Shown piece by piece: positions 30,327 to 38,192 of a stretch of 64,000 nucleotides of DNA; positions within the stretch are counted from its first letter, which is position 1, and every line of letters begins with the position of its first letter. Made by a program: the position numbers and the translations under genes. The DNA comes from an uncultured Clostridia bacterium (lineage in GTDB: Bacteria > Bacillota > Clostridia > Christensenellales > CAG-314). The notes beneath the pieces are model-generated. The model ran no database searches. It had not been told where the DNA came from and saw only the letters and a list, made by a program, of their open reading frames with translations. The stretch lies in the NCBI GenBank assembly GCA_934203075.1, contig CAKPYT010000046.1:5531-69530 (forward strand), in the 5' to 3' direction.

Positions 30327-30357
30327 GAAAAAACAGCGCAATCAGCGCTGTTTTTAC
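30327..30357 (-). terminator. terminator hairpin just downstream of tRNA-Gln (copy 2 of duplicated module; bidirectional)
   Basis: ACAGCGC/GCGCTGT stem with A6 on one side and T5 on the other. It begins a few nt after the tRNA 3' CCA on the - strand. Confidence 0.6.
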
Positions 30358-30361
30358 GAAA

Positions 30362-30437
30362 TGGCTAGGGTAGCAGGATTTGAACCTGCGAAATGATGGA
30401 GTCAGAATCCATTGCCTTACCGCTTGGCGATACCCCA
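30362..30437 (-). tRNA. tRNA-Gln (anticodon CUG), CCA encoded
   Basis: The reverse complement TGGGGTATCGCCAAGCGGTAAGGCAATGGATTCTGACTCCATCATTTCGCAGGTTCAAATCCTGCTACCCTAGCCA folds into a cloverleaf. The acceptor is 7 bp, the anticodon stem is ATGGA/TCCAT with loop TTCTGAC, and the T arm is GCAGG-TTCAAAT-CCTGC. Confidence 0.9.
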
Positions 30438-30535
30438 ATACGTCCCAATCGGAACAGTTCCTATTATAAAAGCAACTCGGTAGTTTGTCAATAATTGAGG
30501 ACGAAATAATGTAGAAAATACTTTTTTCGTATTTC

Positions 30536-30564
30536 TTGAAAAAAAGGGGCTTTTTGATTATAAT
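30536..30564 (+). promoter_or_regulatory. sigma-A type promoter
   Basis: TTGAAA, 17-nt spacer, TATAAT, 17 nt upstream of the MGMT-family gene start. Confidence 0.6.
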
Positions 30565-30580
30565 ACAAGGGAGGTAAAAG

Positions 30581-30892
30581 ATGGAAAAAGGTTTTTTCGG
30601 CGCCGTGTACCGCGTAGTCCGGCAAGTTCCGAAAGGCAAAGTCACGACGTACGGAATTGTAGCACGCCTGGCGGGGAATCCGCGTATGAGCAGGCAAGTA
30701 GGCTGGGCATTGCATGCCAATCCGGATCAATCGACGATTCCCTGCCACAGAGTGGTGAATCGGTACGGCGCATTGGCCCCGTCTTTTGCTTTCGGCGGAA
30801 AAGAAATACAAAAGTTGATGCTGGAACAAGAAGGCGTTTCCGTTCGGGAAGACGGAACGGTAGACTTGCAGCGGTATCTTTGGGAAGGATAA
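30581..30892 (+). CDS. MGMT-family protein (methylated-DNA-protein-cysteine methyltransferase DNA-binding domain only)
   Basis: VPKGKVTTYGIVARLAGNPRMSRQVGWAL...IPCHRVVN contains the PCHR active-site motif. At 103 aa there is no N-terminal domain. Confidence 0.8.
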   Translation: MEKGFFGAVYRVVRQVPKGKVTTYGIVARLAGNPRMSRQVGWALHANPDQSTIPCHRVVNRYGALAPSFAFGGKEIQKLMLEQEGVSVREDGTVDLQRYLWEG

Positions 30893-30902
30893 GGGTTTTA
30901 CG

Positions 30903-32384
30903 ATGGAAAAGGGATTTAATAATCAGCTGTACGTACAAAAGCAAACGGAACGGATTTTGCAGCGCATCGGGCAGTTCGGCAACAAATTATATTTGGAGTT
31001 TGGCGGAAAATTGTTTGACGATTTGCATGCCGCACGTGTTTTGCCCGGTTTCGACCCGAATGCCAAAGTGAAAATTCTGCAAAAGCTGAAGGATCAGGCG
31101 GAGATTATTTTTTGTATCAATGCCGCAGATATCGAGCGGAACAAAATCCGTGCGGATTTCGGCATTACGTACGGGCAGGAATTGATGCGTGTCATCGATA
31201 ACTTGCGCGGCGTCGGCATTTATGTCAGCAGTATCGTCATCACACAGTATGCCGATCAGCCGGCGGCGGCTTCGTTTCGGAAAAAACTGGAAATGCACGG
31301 CGAAAAGGTATATTTTCATCGTCATACCAAAGGGTATCCTGCAGACGTTGCCACCATCGTGTCGGAAGAAGGGTACGGGCAAAACCCGTATATTCCAACA
31401 ACGCGCCCGTTGGTGGTCGTAACGGCTCCCGGCCCCGGCAGCGGAAAGCTGGCCACTTGCTTAAATCAGCTTTATCACGAAAATAAGCACGGCGTACGCG
31501 CGGGGTACGCGAAATTCGAAACCTTCCCCGTCTGGAATCTGCCGTTAAAGCATCCGGTGAACGTTGCGTACGAGGCTGCCACGGCGGATCTGAACGACGT
31601 GAATATGATAGATTATTTCCACTTGGAAAAATACGGAGAAACTACCGTAAACTATAATCGCGATCTGGCGGCCTTTCCGGTGTTGAAAACCATTTTATAT
31701 CGCATCACGGGGGAGGATTTGTATCAGTCGCCTACCGATATGGGTGTGAATATGGTCGGCTACGGCATTACGAACGATGAAATCGTGTGCAATGCCGCCA
31801 AACAAGAAGTCATTCGCCGCTACTACACTGCGTTGTGTGAGGATCGCACGGGAAACGGTTCTCGCGAAGCGGTAGAAAAACTGGAACTGTTGATGAAGGA
31901 CCTGGATCTGCAGCCGTTGGATCGGGCCGTTGTCGGCGCGGCATTGCGGAAATCGCAGCAAACGGGGGTGCCGGCGGTTGCCATCGAGTTGCCGGACGGA
32001 ACGATTGTTGCGGGGAAACAAAACAAACTGTTAAGCGCAACGTCCGGTGCCGTTTTGAATGCGCTGAAGGCAATGGGGGACGTGGCAGATCCCTATCAGT
32101 TGTTGGCTCCTAAGATTCTGGAACCGATTATGGCTCTGAATAAAAACGTGCTGAAGATCAAAAAGGCTACGCTTTCACTGGAAGAAACGCTCATCACCCT
32201 TTCCATTGCGGCGTCGGTGGATTTTAATTCTCTTCGTGCGTTTAACACGCTTCCGAAATTGCGCGGTTGTCAGGTACATTCTTCTCATTTGCTGCAAAAC
32301 GGAGACCTGAATTTCCTGCGTAAGCTTGGAGTCAACGTCACGATGGAACCGAAGTACTATTCCGACGCTTTATATCTGGAATAA
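30903..32384 (+). CDS. DUF1846 (UPF0371) family protein
   Basis: Length of about 493 aa and the N-terminus GFNNQLYVQKQTERILQRI...NKLYLEFGGKLFDDLHAARVLPGFDPN match my memory of UPF0371 proteins. Confidence 0.8.
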   Translation: MEKGFNNQLYVQKQTERILQRIGQFGNKLYLEFGGKLFDDLHAARVLPGFDPNAKVKILQKLKDQAEIIFCINAADIERNKIRADFGITYGQELMRVIDNLRGVGIYVSSIVITQYADQPAAASFRKKLEMHGEKVYFHRHTKGYPADVATIVSEEGYGQNPYIPTTRPLVVVTAPGPGSGKLATCLNQLYHENKHGVRAGYAKFETFPVWNLPLKHPVNVAYEAATADLNDVNMIDYFHLEKYGETTVNYNRDLAAFPVLKTILYRITGEDLYQSPTDMGVNMVGYGITNDEIVCNAAKQEVIRRYYTALCEDRTGNGSREAVEKLELLMKDLDLQPLDRAVVGAALRKSQQTGVPAVAIELPDGTIVAGKQNKLLSATSGAVLNALKAMGDVADPYQLLAPKILEPIMALNKNVLKIKKATLSLEETLITLSIAASVDFNSLRAFNTLPKLRGCQVHSSHLLQNGDLNFLRKLGVNVTMEPKYYSDALYLE

Positions 32385-32484
32385 CGGTGTGCCGGCACGA
32401 GGAAGAAAGCGGAAGGGGGATCTTTCAAAAGATTTCCGGAAAAGCAGTACACGGTTCTTCCGAATTGTGGCGGAATCAAAAATC

Positions 32485-32520
32485 AAAAAAAGCGGGAGGT
32501 ATCGTTCTTCCCGCTTTTTT
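32485..32520 (+). terminator. Rho-independent terminator
   Basis: AGCGGGA/TCCCGCT stem preceded by A7 and followed by T6. Confidence 0.8.
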
Positions 32521-32559
32521 ACGAAACTTGTCGAGAATCGGTTTGCTTTTGGCAAATTC

Positions 32560-32588
32560 TTGACATTTTTTTTTGCCGCTGTTACACT
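32560..32588 (+). promoter_or_regulatory. sigma-A type promoter
   Basis: TTGACA, 17-nt spacer, TACACT, 20 nt upstream of the ApbE-fusion start. Confidence 0.6.
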
Positions 32589-32607
32589 AGTCGGGTAAGA
32601 GGTCGGA

Positions 32608-34494
32608 ATGAAAAGACTATTTTCTGTATGGATTGCTCTGGTTCTGGTAGTGGCCTGCGTTCCCGTTCGGGGCAGTGCGATTACGGAGGATCAGTGGAAT
32701 ACCTATCTTTCCGTGGATACAACGGCAAATGCGGTGACGTATGCGGATTACGGCATCTATTTTAACACGCCCACGCAAATCGTATTTTTTTGCGATACGT
32801 CGAACGAGGCGGAAGTGACAAATTGCAAACAGGCAATCGCCGAAATGCTGCAGATGATCGAGGCAACGGAGCGTGCCGTCAGCACGGACGTCGCGACCAG
32901 CGACGTCGCGCTGTTTAACCAAACGGATTCCACTGTCGTATCCGTTTCGGCCATAACGGAGGAGATTGTAAAAATCGCCAAAGAGATGTATCGTGTGACG
33001 GAAGGGGCGTACAATCCGTGCGTGTACAATCTGGTTGACATGTATGGTTTTACGCCGCGTTGGAACAACGGCTCGCAGCAACCTTCCGAGCGGCAGGCGT
33101 ACGACTATCGGGAGACTTTCCTCGATGAGGACTGGTCCTCCTTTTTACAACAGTTTTTGGATTTTGATACCGTAGTGCTGGATGAAACCGCACATACGCT
33201 CACCAAAACGACGCAATCCAAAACGTTTTCGAAAAACGGCTACAGCGGTACGTTTAACCTGAAGTTGGATTTCGGCGGCATCGGAAAGGGCTACATTGTC
33301 GACCGCATGACGCAGATTGCAAAAAACAGAGGGTTGACGCAAGGCTGGTTTACGATCGGCACCAGCAGCATGCAGCTGATGGAATCGAAAGAAGAGGACA
33401 AAACCTGGAACCTTTCTTTTACGGACCCCAGAAACACTTCCATTTTCAGCCGGGCCTATCTTGCCTTTGGCGGTTTGAAGAATGAGGCGGTCAGTACCAG
33501 CGGAGATTACGAAAAATACGTAAAAGTCAATGGCAAACGTTATTGCCATATCATAGACGGGCAAACGGGCAAACCGTTGGATACGGGAATTTGTACGGCG
33601 CACGTCGTGGGGGGAAGCGCTGCCGCGGGAGACGCATTGACCACGGCGTTGATGCTGATGGGCCCGGAAAAAGCCACTTCCTTTCTTTTTAGCGATTACG
33701 CAAAAGAAAACAATTTAAAAATAGCGTTTACCGTCGAAAATGAAGACGGTTCGCTGGAAGTATTTACCAATCAAACAAAAGAAACGGTTTCCGTGCTGGA
33801 TCAACGCTATCATTTAAGCGGTTACGTGCAAAACGGGGAATACGTCTACGACCCCGTACGCAGTAAATCGCCGGTTTTGTTGTGGGTAGGGCTCGGATGC
33901 GCTGCCGCCTTGCTTGCAATCGTCTGCGCGGTTCGTGCCAAAAAGGAAAAGGCGGCACAGGGCGTTTTGCCCGCACAAAAGCGGAATTACGTCCGAATCG
34001 TGAAAAACGGCAAGTTGTTTTGCAAGGGAGACGTCGTTTTATACTCTGCGATTCTGGTGCTTCTGGTGCTTTTGTTTTCGGTATTCGTGTTTTTCCCGGA
34101 GCGGCAGGACATCAAAGAAATTCGTATCGTGTATTACGGAAACGATAGTCAGGAAACGATTTTCGTATACGATTGGGCAAAAAAGACGTATCTCGTATCG
34201 GAACAGTGGAAAAAGCGCGTTTCCGTGGAGACGCAGGCCGACGGTCTGCACGTCAAAATGCAGTTGAACGAAGGCAGCAACGAATTGTTGATTACGGATA
34301 CGTATGCAAAGATGATCGAGGCGGATTGCAGCGCCACACGGGAATGCGTGGATCATTTCCCGGCGTTGAACGCCGGAGGGCAGGCGATCATTTGCACGCC
34401 TCATCGATTAAAGGTCATCAGCACGGGGAAAGCACAGCAGATGCAAATCGGCGGAGAAATCGGCAACGCCTTTGCAAAGGGGGCGCAATCGTGA
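32608..34494 (+). CDS. FAD:protein FMN transferase (ApbE) fused via two TM helices to a NusG-domain-II-like module
   Basis: Lipoprotein-like signal (LVLVVAC) and ApbE motifs (DFGGIGKGYIVD, VSTSGDYE). TM helices are VLLWVGLGCAAALLAIVCAV and VVLYSAILVLLVLLFSVFVFF. The C-terminus (IEADCSATRECVDHF...GQAIICTPHRLKVIS) resembles NusG_II/DUF1312 proteins. Confidence 0.8.
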   Translation: MKRLFSVWIALVLVVACVPVRGSAITEDQWNTYLSVDTTANAVTYADYGIYFNTPTQIVFFCDTSNEAEVTNCKQAIAEMLQMIEATERAVSTDVATSDVALFNQTDSTVVSVSAITEEIVKIAKEMYRVTEGAYNPCVYNLVDMYGFTPRWNNGSQQPSERQAYDYRETFLDEDWSSFLQQFLDFDTVVLDETAHTLTKTTQSKTFSKNGYSGTFNLKLDFGGIGKGYIVDRMTQIAKNRGLTQGWFTIGTSSMQLMESKEEDKTWNLSFTDPRNTSIFSRAYLAFGGLKNEAVSTSGDYEKYVKVNGKRYCHIIDGQTGKPLDTGICTAHVVGGSAAAGDALTTALMLMGPEKATSFLFSDYAKENNLKIAFTVENEDGSLEVFTNQTKETVSVLDQRYHLSGYVQNGEYVYDPVRSKSPVLLWVGLGCAAALLAIVCAVRAKKEKAAQGVLPAQKRNYVRIVKNGKLFCKGDVVLYSAILVLLVLLFSVFVFFPERQDIKEIRIVYYGNDSQETIFVYDWAKKTYLVSEQWKKRVSVETQADGLHVKMQLNEGSNELLITDTYAKMIEADCSATRECVDHFPALNAGGQAIICTPHRLKVISTGKAQQMQIGGEIGNAFAKGAQS

Positions 34495-35180
34495 AAACTT
34501 CCAAACGTATTGCGACGCTGTCGGTGCTTACGGCGTTGGGGCTGCTGGCATTTTTAATCGAAAGTTTGTTTCCTCCGTTGTTTTTACCGGGGGCAAAAAT
34601 GGGCATCAGCAATGTGTTCAGTTTGTTTACGCTGATTTTGTTGGGCCCGGCGGATGCGGTAATCCTTGTGGTGGTGCGTACCTTGCTCGGCAGTGTGTTC
34701 GGGGGCAACGTCAGTGCCTTGATTTATAGCCTTTCGGCGGGGCTGGTCAGTATCTTCGTTTCGATTTTACTGGTCAAATGGATGCCGCGCATCAGTCTGA
34801 TTGCCGTAAGCGTCACGGCAGCGGTAATGCATAATCTCACGCAAAACGTTGTGTTTTGTCTGGTGAGCAATACGCCGCAAATGTATTTGTATTTGCCGTA
34901 TCTGGCAGTGCTTGGTGTCGTTGCGGGGCTGGTCGTCGGGTTTGCCGTATTCTTTTTGGTAAAATATCTGCCGTTAAAGTATCTGACGTCTATGGGTTTC
35001 GTGCGGCAGAACGCGCCGGAAACCGAACAGGCAGAGGAGGCAGACGTACCCGTGATACGCGATGCTGCAGAACAACCGCTGCCGGAGACTTCGGCAGAAC
35101 AACCGGATACGTGCGGAGAAACTCCGAAGGAAGAGGATCTTTCGCCCGGATCGGACGGAACACACGAAACGAAAAGATAA
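34491..35180 (+). CDS. Gx-transporter family membrane protein (PF07456-like, 'heptaprenyl diphosphate synthase component I' family)
   Basis: The GTG at 34491 overlaps the previous stop. Sequence is KRIATLSVLTALGLLAFLIESLFPP...GAKMGISNVFSLFTLILLG. The acidic Pro-rich C-terminal tail is unusual. Confidence 0.72.
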   Translation: MKTSKRIATLSVLTALGLLAFLIESLFPPLFLPGAKMGISNVFSLFTLILLGPADAVILVVVRTLLGSVFGGNVSALIYSLSAGLVSIFVSILLVKWMPRISLIAVSVTAAVMHNLTQNVVFCLVSNTPQMYLYLPYLAVLGVVAGLVVGFAVFFLVKYLPLKYLTSMGFVRQNAPETEQAEEADVPVIRDAAEQPLPETSAEQPDTCGETPKEEDLSPGSDGTHETKR

Positions 35181-35234
35181 CGAGGGGTTCCCTTTCACAG
35201 AATGCCGACGGAATCCGGAAGGGGAGAAAGAAAA

Positions 35235-35921
35235 ATGAAAGACATACAAAAGTTAAAGGATGCAAAGGCGTTTTTGTTTGACCTGGACGGCACTCTCCTG
35301 GACTCTATGTGGCTATGGAACGAAGTCGACGTACGTTTTTTTCAAAAGAGGGGGTTGACGCTTCCGGAAGGGTTCATCAATCATATTGCGGTCATGCGAC
35401 TGAAAGACGCAGCGGAGGATACGGTTAAAACCTTCTCCCTGAAGGAAACGCCGCAGCAAATCATAGAAGAATGGCTGGAAGAGGGGCGCAAACTCTATGC
35501 GGAGCGGGTCACCTGTAAGCCGTTTGCCAAAGAATTTTTAAGGTTGGCACGCAGTCTCGGCAAAAAGACGGCAGTTGTCACGGCGGGCGAACCGCGTTTG
35601 TTTTTGCCGTGCCTGCAAAAACACGGAATCGCCTCCGGGTTCGATGAAATCGTAACGTTGCACCATGTGAATCGTGGAAAAGACCATCCGGACATCTATC
35701 TATATGCGGCGCAGAGCCTTGGGTGCACGGCGGGCGAATGTGTGGTTTTTGAAGACGTACCGCAAGCACTTCAAACCGCAAAAACGGCCGGGTTCTATAC
35801 GGTCGGGATTTTGGATGAAGTAACAAAAGAAGATTCGCAGCCGTTTGCGGATGAATGCATCGTGTCGTTTGAAGAAGCGTACCATGCCTTACAGCAGGCG
35901 TATGCGTCGGTCGAAACGTAA
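35235..35921 (+). CDS. HAD-superfamily hydrolase (beta-phosphoglucomutase-like subfamily IA)
   Basis: FLFDLDGTLLDS motif I, VVTAG motif II region and VFEDVPQALQTAKTAG motif III/IV. Start at the ATG at 35235. Confidence 0.85.
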   Translation: MKDIQKLKDAKAFLFDLDGTLLDSMWLWNEVDVRFFQKRGLTLPEGFINHIAVMRLKDAAEDTVKTFSLKETPQQIIEEWLEEGRKLYAERVTCKPFAKEFLRLARSLGKKTAVVTAGEPRLFLPCLQKHGIASGFDEIVTLHHVNRGKDHPDIYLYAAQSLGCTAGECVVFEDVPQALQTAKTAGFYTVGILDEVTKEDSQPFADECIVSFEEAYHALQQAYASVET

Positions 35922-36153
35922 AAAACGGGAAACGAGCCCCGTTTCTTCGCCGAAAGCGGCCTGCCGCGGCGGTTGAGTTTTTTAGCGGGTTTGGTCGTAT
36001 TTTCTTGCGGGTGTCGTAAGGCGGGGCTCCATTTTCCGTCCGGCACCCGCTTTTCTTTTGCTCGTTTTGCTGCCGTACAGGTTTTTTCTGCAGCGTCCGT
36101 GCAGTCGAAACGGCAGGGGAGGGCAAGCGGCAGAGAAAAGAATTCCGGTATTC

Positions 36154-36190
36154 AAAACGCGGGACTTATCAAAAAAGTCCCGCGTTTTCT
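36154..36190. terminator. bidirectional terminator
   Basis: 11-bp stem AACGCGGGACT/AGTCCCGCGTT with U-tracts available on both strands. Lies 30 nt beyond the stop of the - strand transglutaminase-like gene. Confidence 0.7.
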
Positions 36191-36218
36191 GAAAGTTTAG
36201 GGTAATCGTTTTTTTGCT

Positions 36219-36938
36219 TTATTTGTGGTTTCTGATCTTTTTCACGTTGCGATTCATCCACCGTCTGCCGATCAGCCGATAAATGACTTTTTTCAGTGCG
36301 CCCATCTGCTGACCGTGTTCTTTCAGGAGGGAATCCGGGTCCGGATACACGCCGTAATCGCACACGATTCCTTCCTTCTGAATGTAGGTATCGCAGCAGT
36401 CGAATTGTACGGGAGGGTGCAAGAAATCTTTCGTTGCCACGCCGTATCCCGTAAACGAGCCGTCTGCCTGTGGGGAAAACTTCTTTTGCAGAGCGGAAAG
36501 GTAGGGAGCATCCAGAATAAATCCTTCCAGATGGTACCAGGTACCGCATACAAAAGTTTCTACGTAGCTATGAAAAATTTCCTGCGGGGCGGCCCGGTAC
36601 ACAATGCCCGTCATGGCGCCTTTTTGCAGGGTTTTGTCTATCGTAAAACCATGAATCCGGCAGGGGATTCCGCACGCTCGTAAAAGCGCCATCAACAGGG
36701 TCCCCTTGGTGTTGCATTGCCCGTATCCGTCTTTCAATACCAGAGAAGCCTTTCGGTTATCCTTCGCGTTGTATCCGAAAAGGATCTCGTCCTTTACAAA
36801 ATTGTAAATTGCCCCGACTCTTTCCTCTTCCGGCAGCGTCTTCCATTTTCTGCTTTCGATCAGGTCTTGTATCGTCTTGCTTGAAAAATCAAGCATTTTC
36901 GTTTCTTTGCAATACGTTGAAAATTCTTGTTCCGTCAC
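36219..36938 (-). CDS. transglutaminase-like cysteine peptidase superfamily protein
   Basis: GYGQCNTKGTLLMALLRACGIPCRIHGF (catalytic Cys context) with downstream His (HSYVE) and Asp (LEGFILD) candidates. Confidence 0.8.
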   Translation of the reverse strand: MTEQEFSTYCKETKMLDFSSKTIQDLIESRKWKTLPEEERVGAIYNFVKDEILFGYNAKDNRKASLVLKDGYGQCNTKGTLLMALLRACGIPCRIHGFTIDKTLQKGAMTGIVYRAAPQEIFHSYVETFVCGTWYHLEGFILDAPYLSALQKKFSPQADGSFTGYGVATKDFLHPPVQFDCCDTYIQKEGIVCDYGVYPDPDSLLKEHGQQMGALKKVIYRLIGRRWMNRNVKKIRNHK

Positions 36939-36943
36939 TTTTT

Positions 36944-37798
36944 CTATGCTTTTCCCTTAAAATCGATTCGTACAATCTGCATTTTCATAAACCCGTCTCC
37001 GAGTTTTGCCAAAAAACGGAAAAGTCCGCTTACGGAAGGATCTTTCAGGTCGTTGTAACCAAGCATATACCCCCGGCTCGAAACAATCAGTTTTTCGCTC
37101 CACTGGGAGAGCTCTTTCTTTGCATTGCTCACGGCAAAATAAGCCCCAACGTTTTTGATTTTGGCAACCTTCAACCAGGTTTTACGCATCAGTTTTCCGG
37201 CTTTTTTGTTGGCCGCGTCAAAAACGAGTTTCCCGCCCGGAAAAGCGTCTGCCATCTTGCAAACGAGCGCTCTCACCTGTTCGGTCAGGAAGTAATAAAA
37301 TACGCCGGAAGCAAAGAAAACGGCCCCGTCGCTCGCATCAATCTCCTCAAACCATGCCGTGTCGTTCAGGTCGCAGGCGAGATTCTTCTCCCGGTCGCCT
37401 GCGGGCAAAAGTTCGTTGCGTACGCGGATCACGTCCGGAAAATCCAGGTTAAAAATTTTGCATTTGCCGTTGTCGCATTTTCTGCCGGTATCGTCCAGGC
37501 CGCAGCCGAGGTTTACCACCGCTGCCCCGGGGTGATCTTGCAGATAGGCCTTCACTTCTTCCGCAAGGTCGTTTTGCCGCATGGCAACTTCCAGATATCC
37601 AAAACGATACATCGTCTTTTTCGATTGGGCTTCCAACCCGGAAAAGTCGTAGTCGATTTGTTCTATCAGTCGGAACGAGGTTTCGTCGCGGTACAAATTC
37701 GGGAAAAGTTCCGTGCAGATTTTTCTTCCGTAAAGGGGGATCACCAGCGTTTCCTGTACGGTATTTTTTTTAATGTGATATTTCTTTGGTTCCGTCAT
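36944..37798 (-). CDS. class I SAM-dependent methyltransferase (COG3315 / TcmP-LCMT-like O-methyltransferase family)
   Basis: VVNLGCGLDDTGRKCD (motif I) and FNLDFPDVIRVRNELLP. The + strand 356-aa ORF opposite is low-complexity antisense. Confidence 0.8.
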   Translation of the reverse strand: MTEPKKYHIKKNTVQETLVIPLYGRKICTELFPNLYRDETSFRLIEQIDYDFSGLEAQSKKTMYRFGYLEVAMRQNDLAEEVKAYLQDHPGAAVVNLGCGLDDTGRKCDNGKCKIFNLDFPDVIRVRNELLPAGDREKNLACDLNDTAWFEEIDASDGAVFFASGVFYYFLTEQVRALVCKMADAFPGGKLVFDAANKKAGKLMRKTWLKVAKIKNVGAYFAVSNAKKELSQWSEKLIVSSRGYMLGYNDLKDPSVSGLFRFLAKLGDGFMKMQIVRIDFKGKA

Positions 37799-37844
37799 AT
37801 CGAATCCTTCTTTCTGTTTTTTCTTATTCTAGCACGGAAAGAGG

Positions 37845-37970
37845 AAAAACTCAAGCAGTTCGCGGCGGCTAACTGCTAAAATTTTGTTTCCGCACAACAG
37901 GAAGAGTCGCACTTGGATTCCTGCCGGGGAAGGAAGTGGGAGGGTAACATTTTCGGCAGGGGTTCCTCCC
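37845..37970 (-). promoter_or_regulatory. candidate structured 5' leader (H-type pseudoknot plus hairpin/U-tract) of the methyltransferase-transglutaminase operon
   Basis: Interleaved complementarity: 37920-37926 pairs with 37954-37960 (CCTGCCG/CGGCAGG), and 37938-37943 pairs with 37965-37970 (GGGAGG/CCTCCC). A 7-bp hairpin joins 37854-37860 to 37871-37877 and on the - strand is followed by TGAGTTTTT. Strand and function are inferred only. Confidence 0.3.
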
Positions 37971-38057
37971 GTCTTTCAGAGGCGAAGTGCGCCGCGAGGC
38001 GGATAACGATTTTTTTACCGAGGGAAACAAAACTTTGTAATTTCACCCGGGAACCTA

Positions 38058-38086
38058 TTTACTTTCATTTCTGAAATAGGTATAAT
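38058..38086 (+). promoter_or_regulatory. candidate sigma-A promoter for the DUF4116 gene pair
   Basis: TTTACT, 17-nt spacer, TATAAT. The -10 overlaps the ORF-track ATG at 38085, which argues for the downstream start. Confidence 0.45.
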
Positions 38087-38192
38087 GGAAAAAAGAGGAA
38101 AGGGGAGGACATTTGGGGGAGAAATTTACGGAAAGTGTACAACAGTTGATGAAAATACAATTCAAAATGGATACCGCAATGGAACAAATCTT

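Noticed and set aside
29930-30330. I tested whether the ORF-free structured segment is RNase P RNA, SRP/4.5S RNA, tmRNA, a T-box or a c-di-GMP-I riboswitch.
   Set aside because: There are superficial similarities. ACAGAGA...CAGG..TAAGGAGCAAAGCGACGGAATAGCG recalls the RNase P J11/12-P12 region. GGGTGGCG on the - strand recalls a T-box, and GGGCAAACC recalls GEMM-I. However, the universal cores are absent: no GAGGAAAGTCC or ACAGAAnCCGGCTTA, no GGAA-tetraloop SRP domain IV, and no tRNA-like 3' end. No downstream gene is in the right orientation either.
29669-30720. Track ORFs 29669-30373 (+) and 30043-30720 (-).
   Set aside because: They run through the tRNA-Gln gene and terminator hairpins, have no Shine-Dalgarno and show no family resemblance. 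I treat the region as non-coding.
36809-37879. A 356-aa + strand ORF.
   Set aside because: It lies opposite the - strand methyltransferase, which has a clean SAM-binding motif and a Shine-Dalgarno. The + strand product has no motifs and an odd F/L/K-rich composition.
38085-38192. The ORF-track start at 38085 for the first DUF4116 gene.
   Set aside because: That ATG overlaps the TATAAT of the best promoter candidate and has no Shine-Dalgarno. The DUF4116 repeats begin only after the ATG at 38193. The true start remains uncertain.
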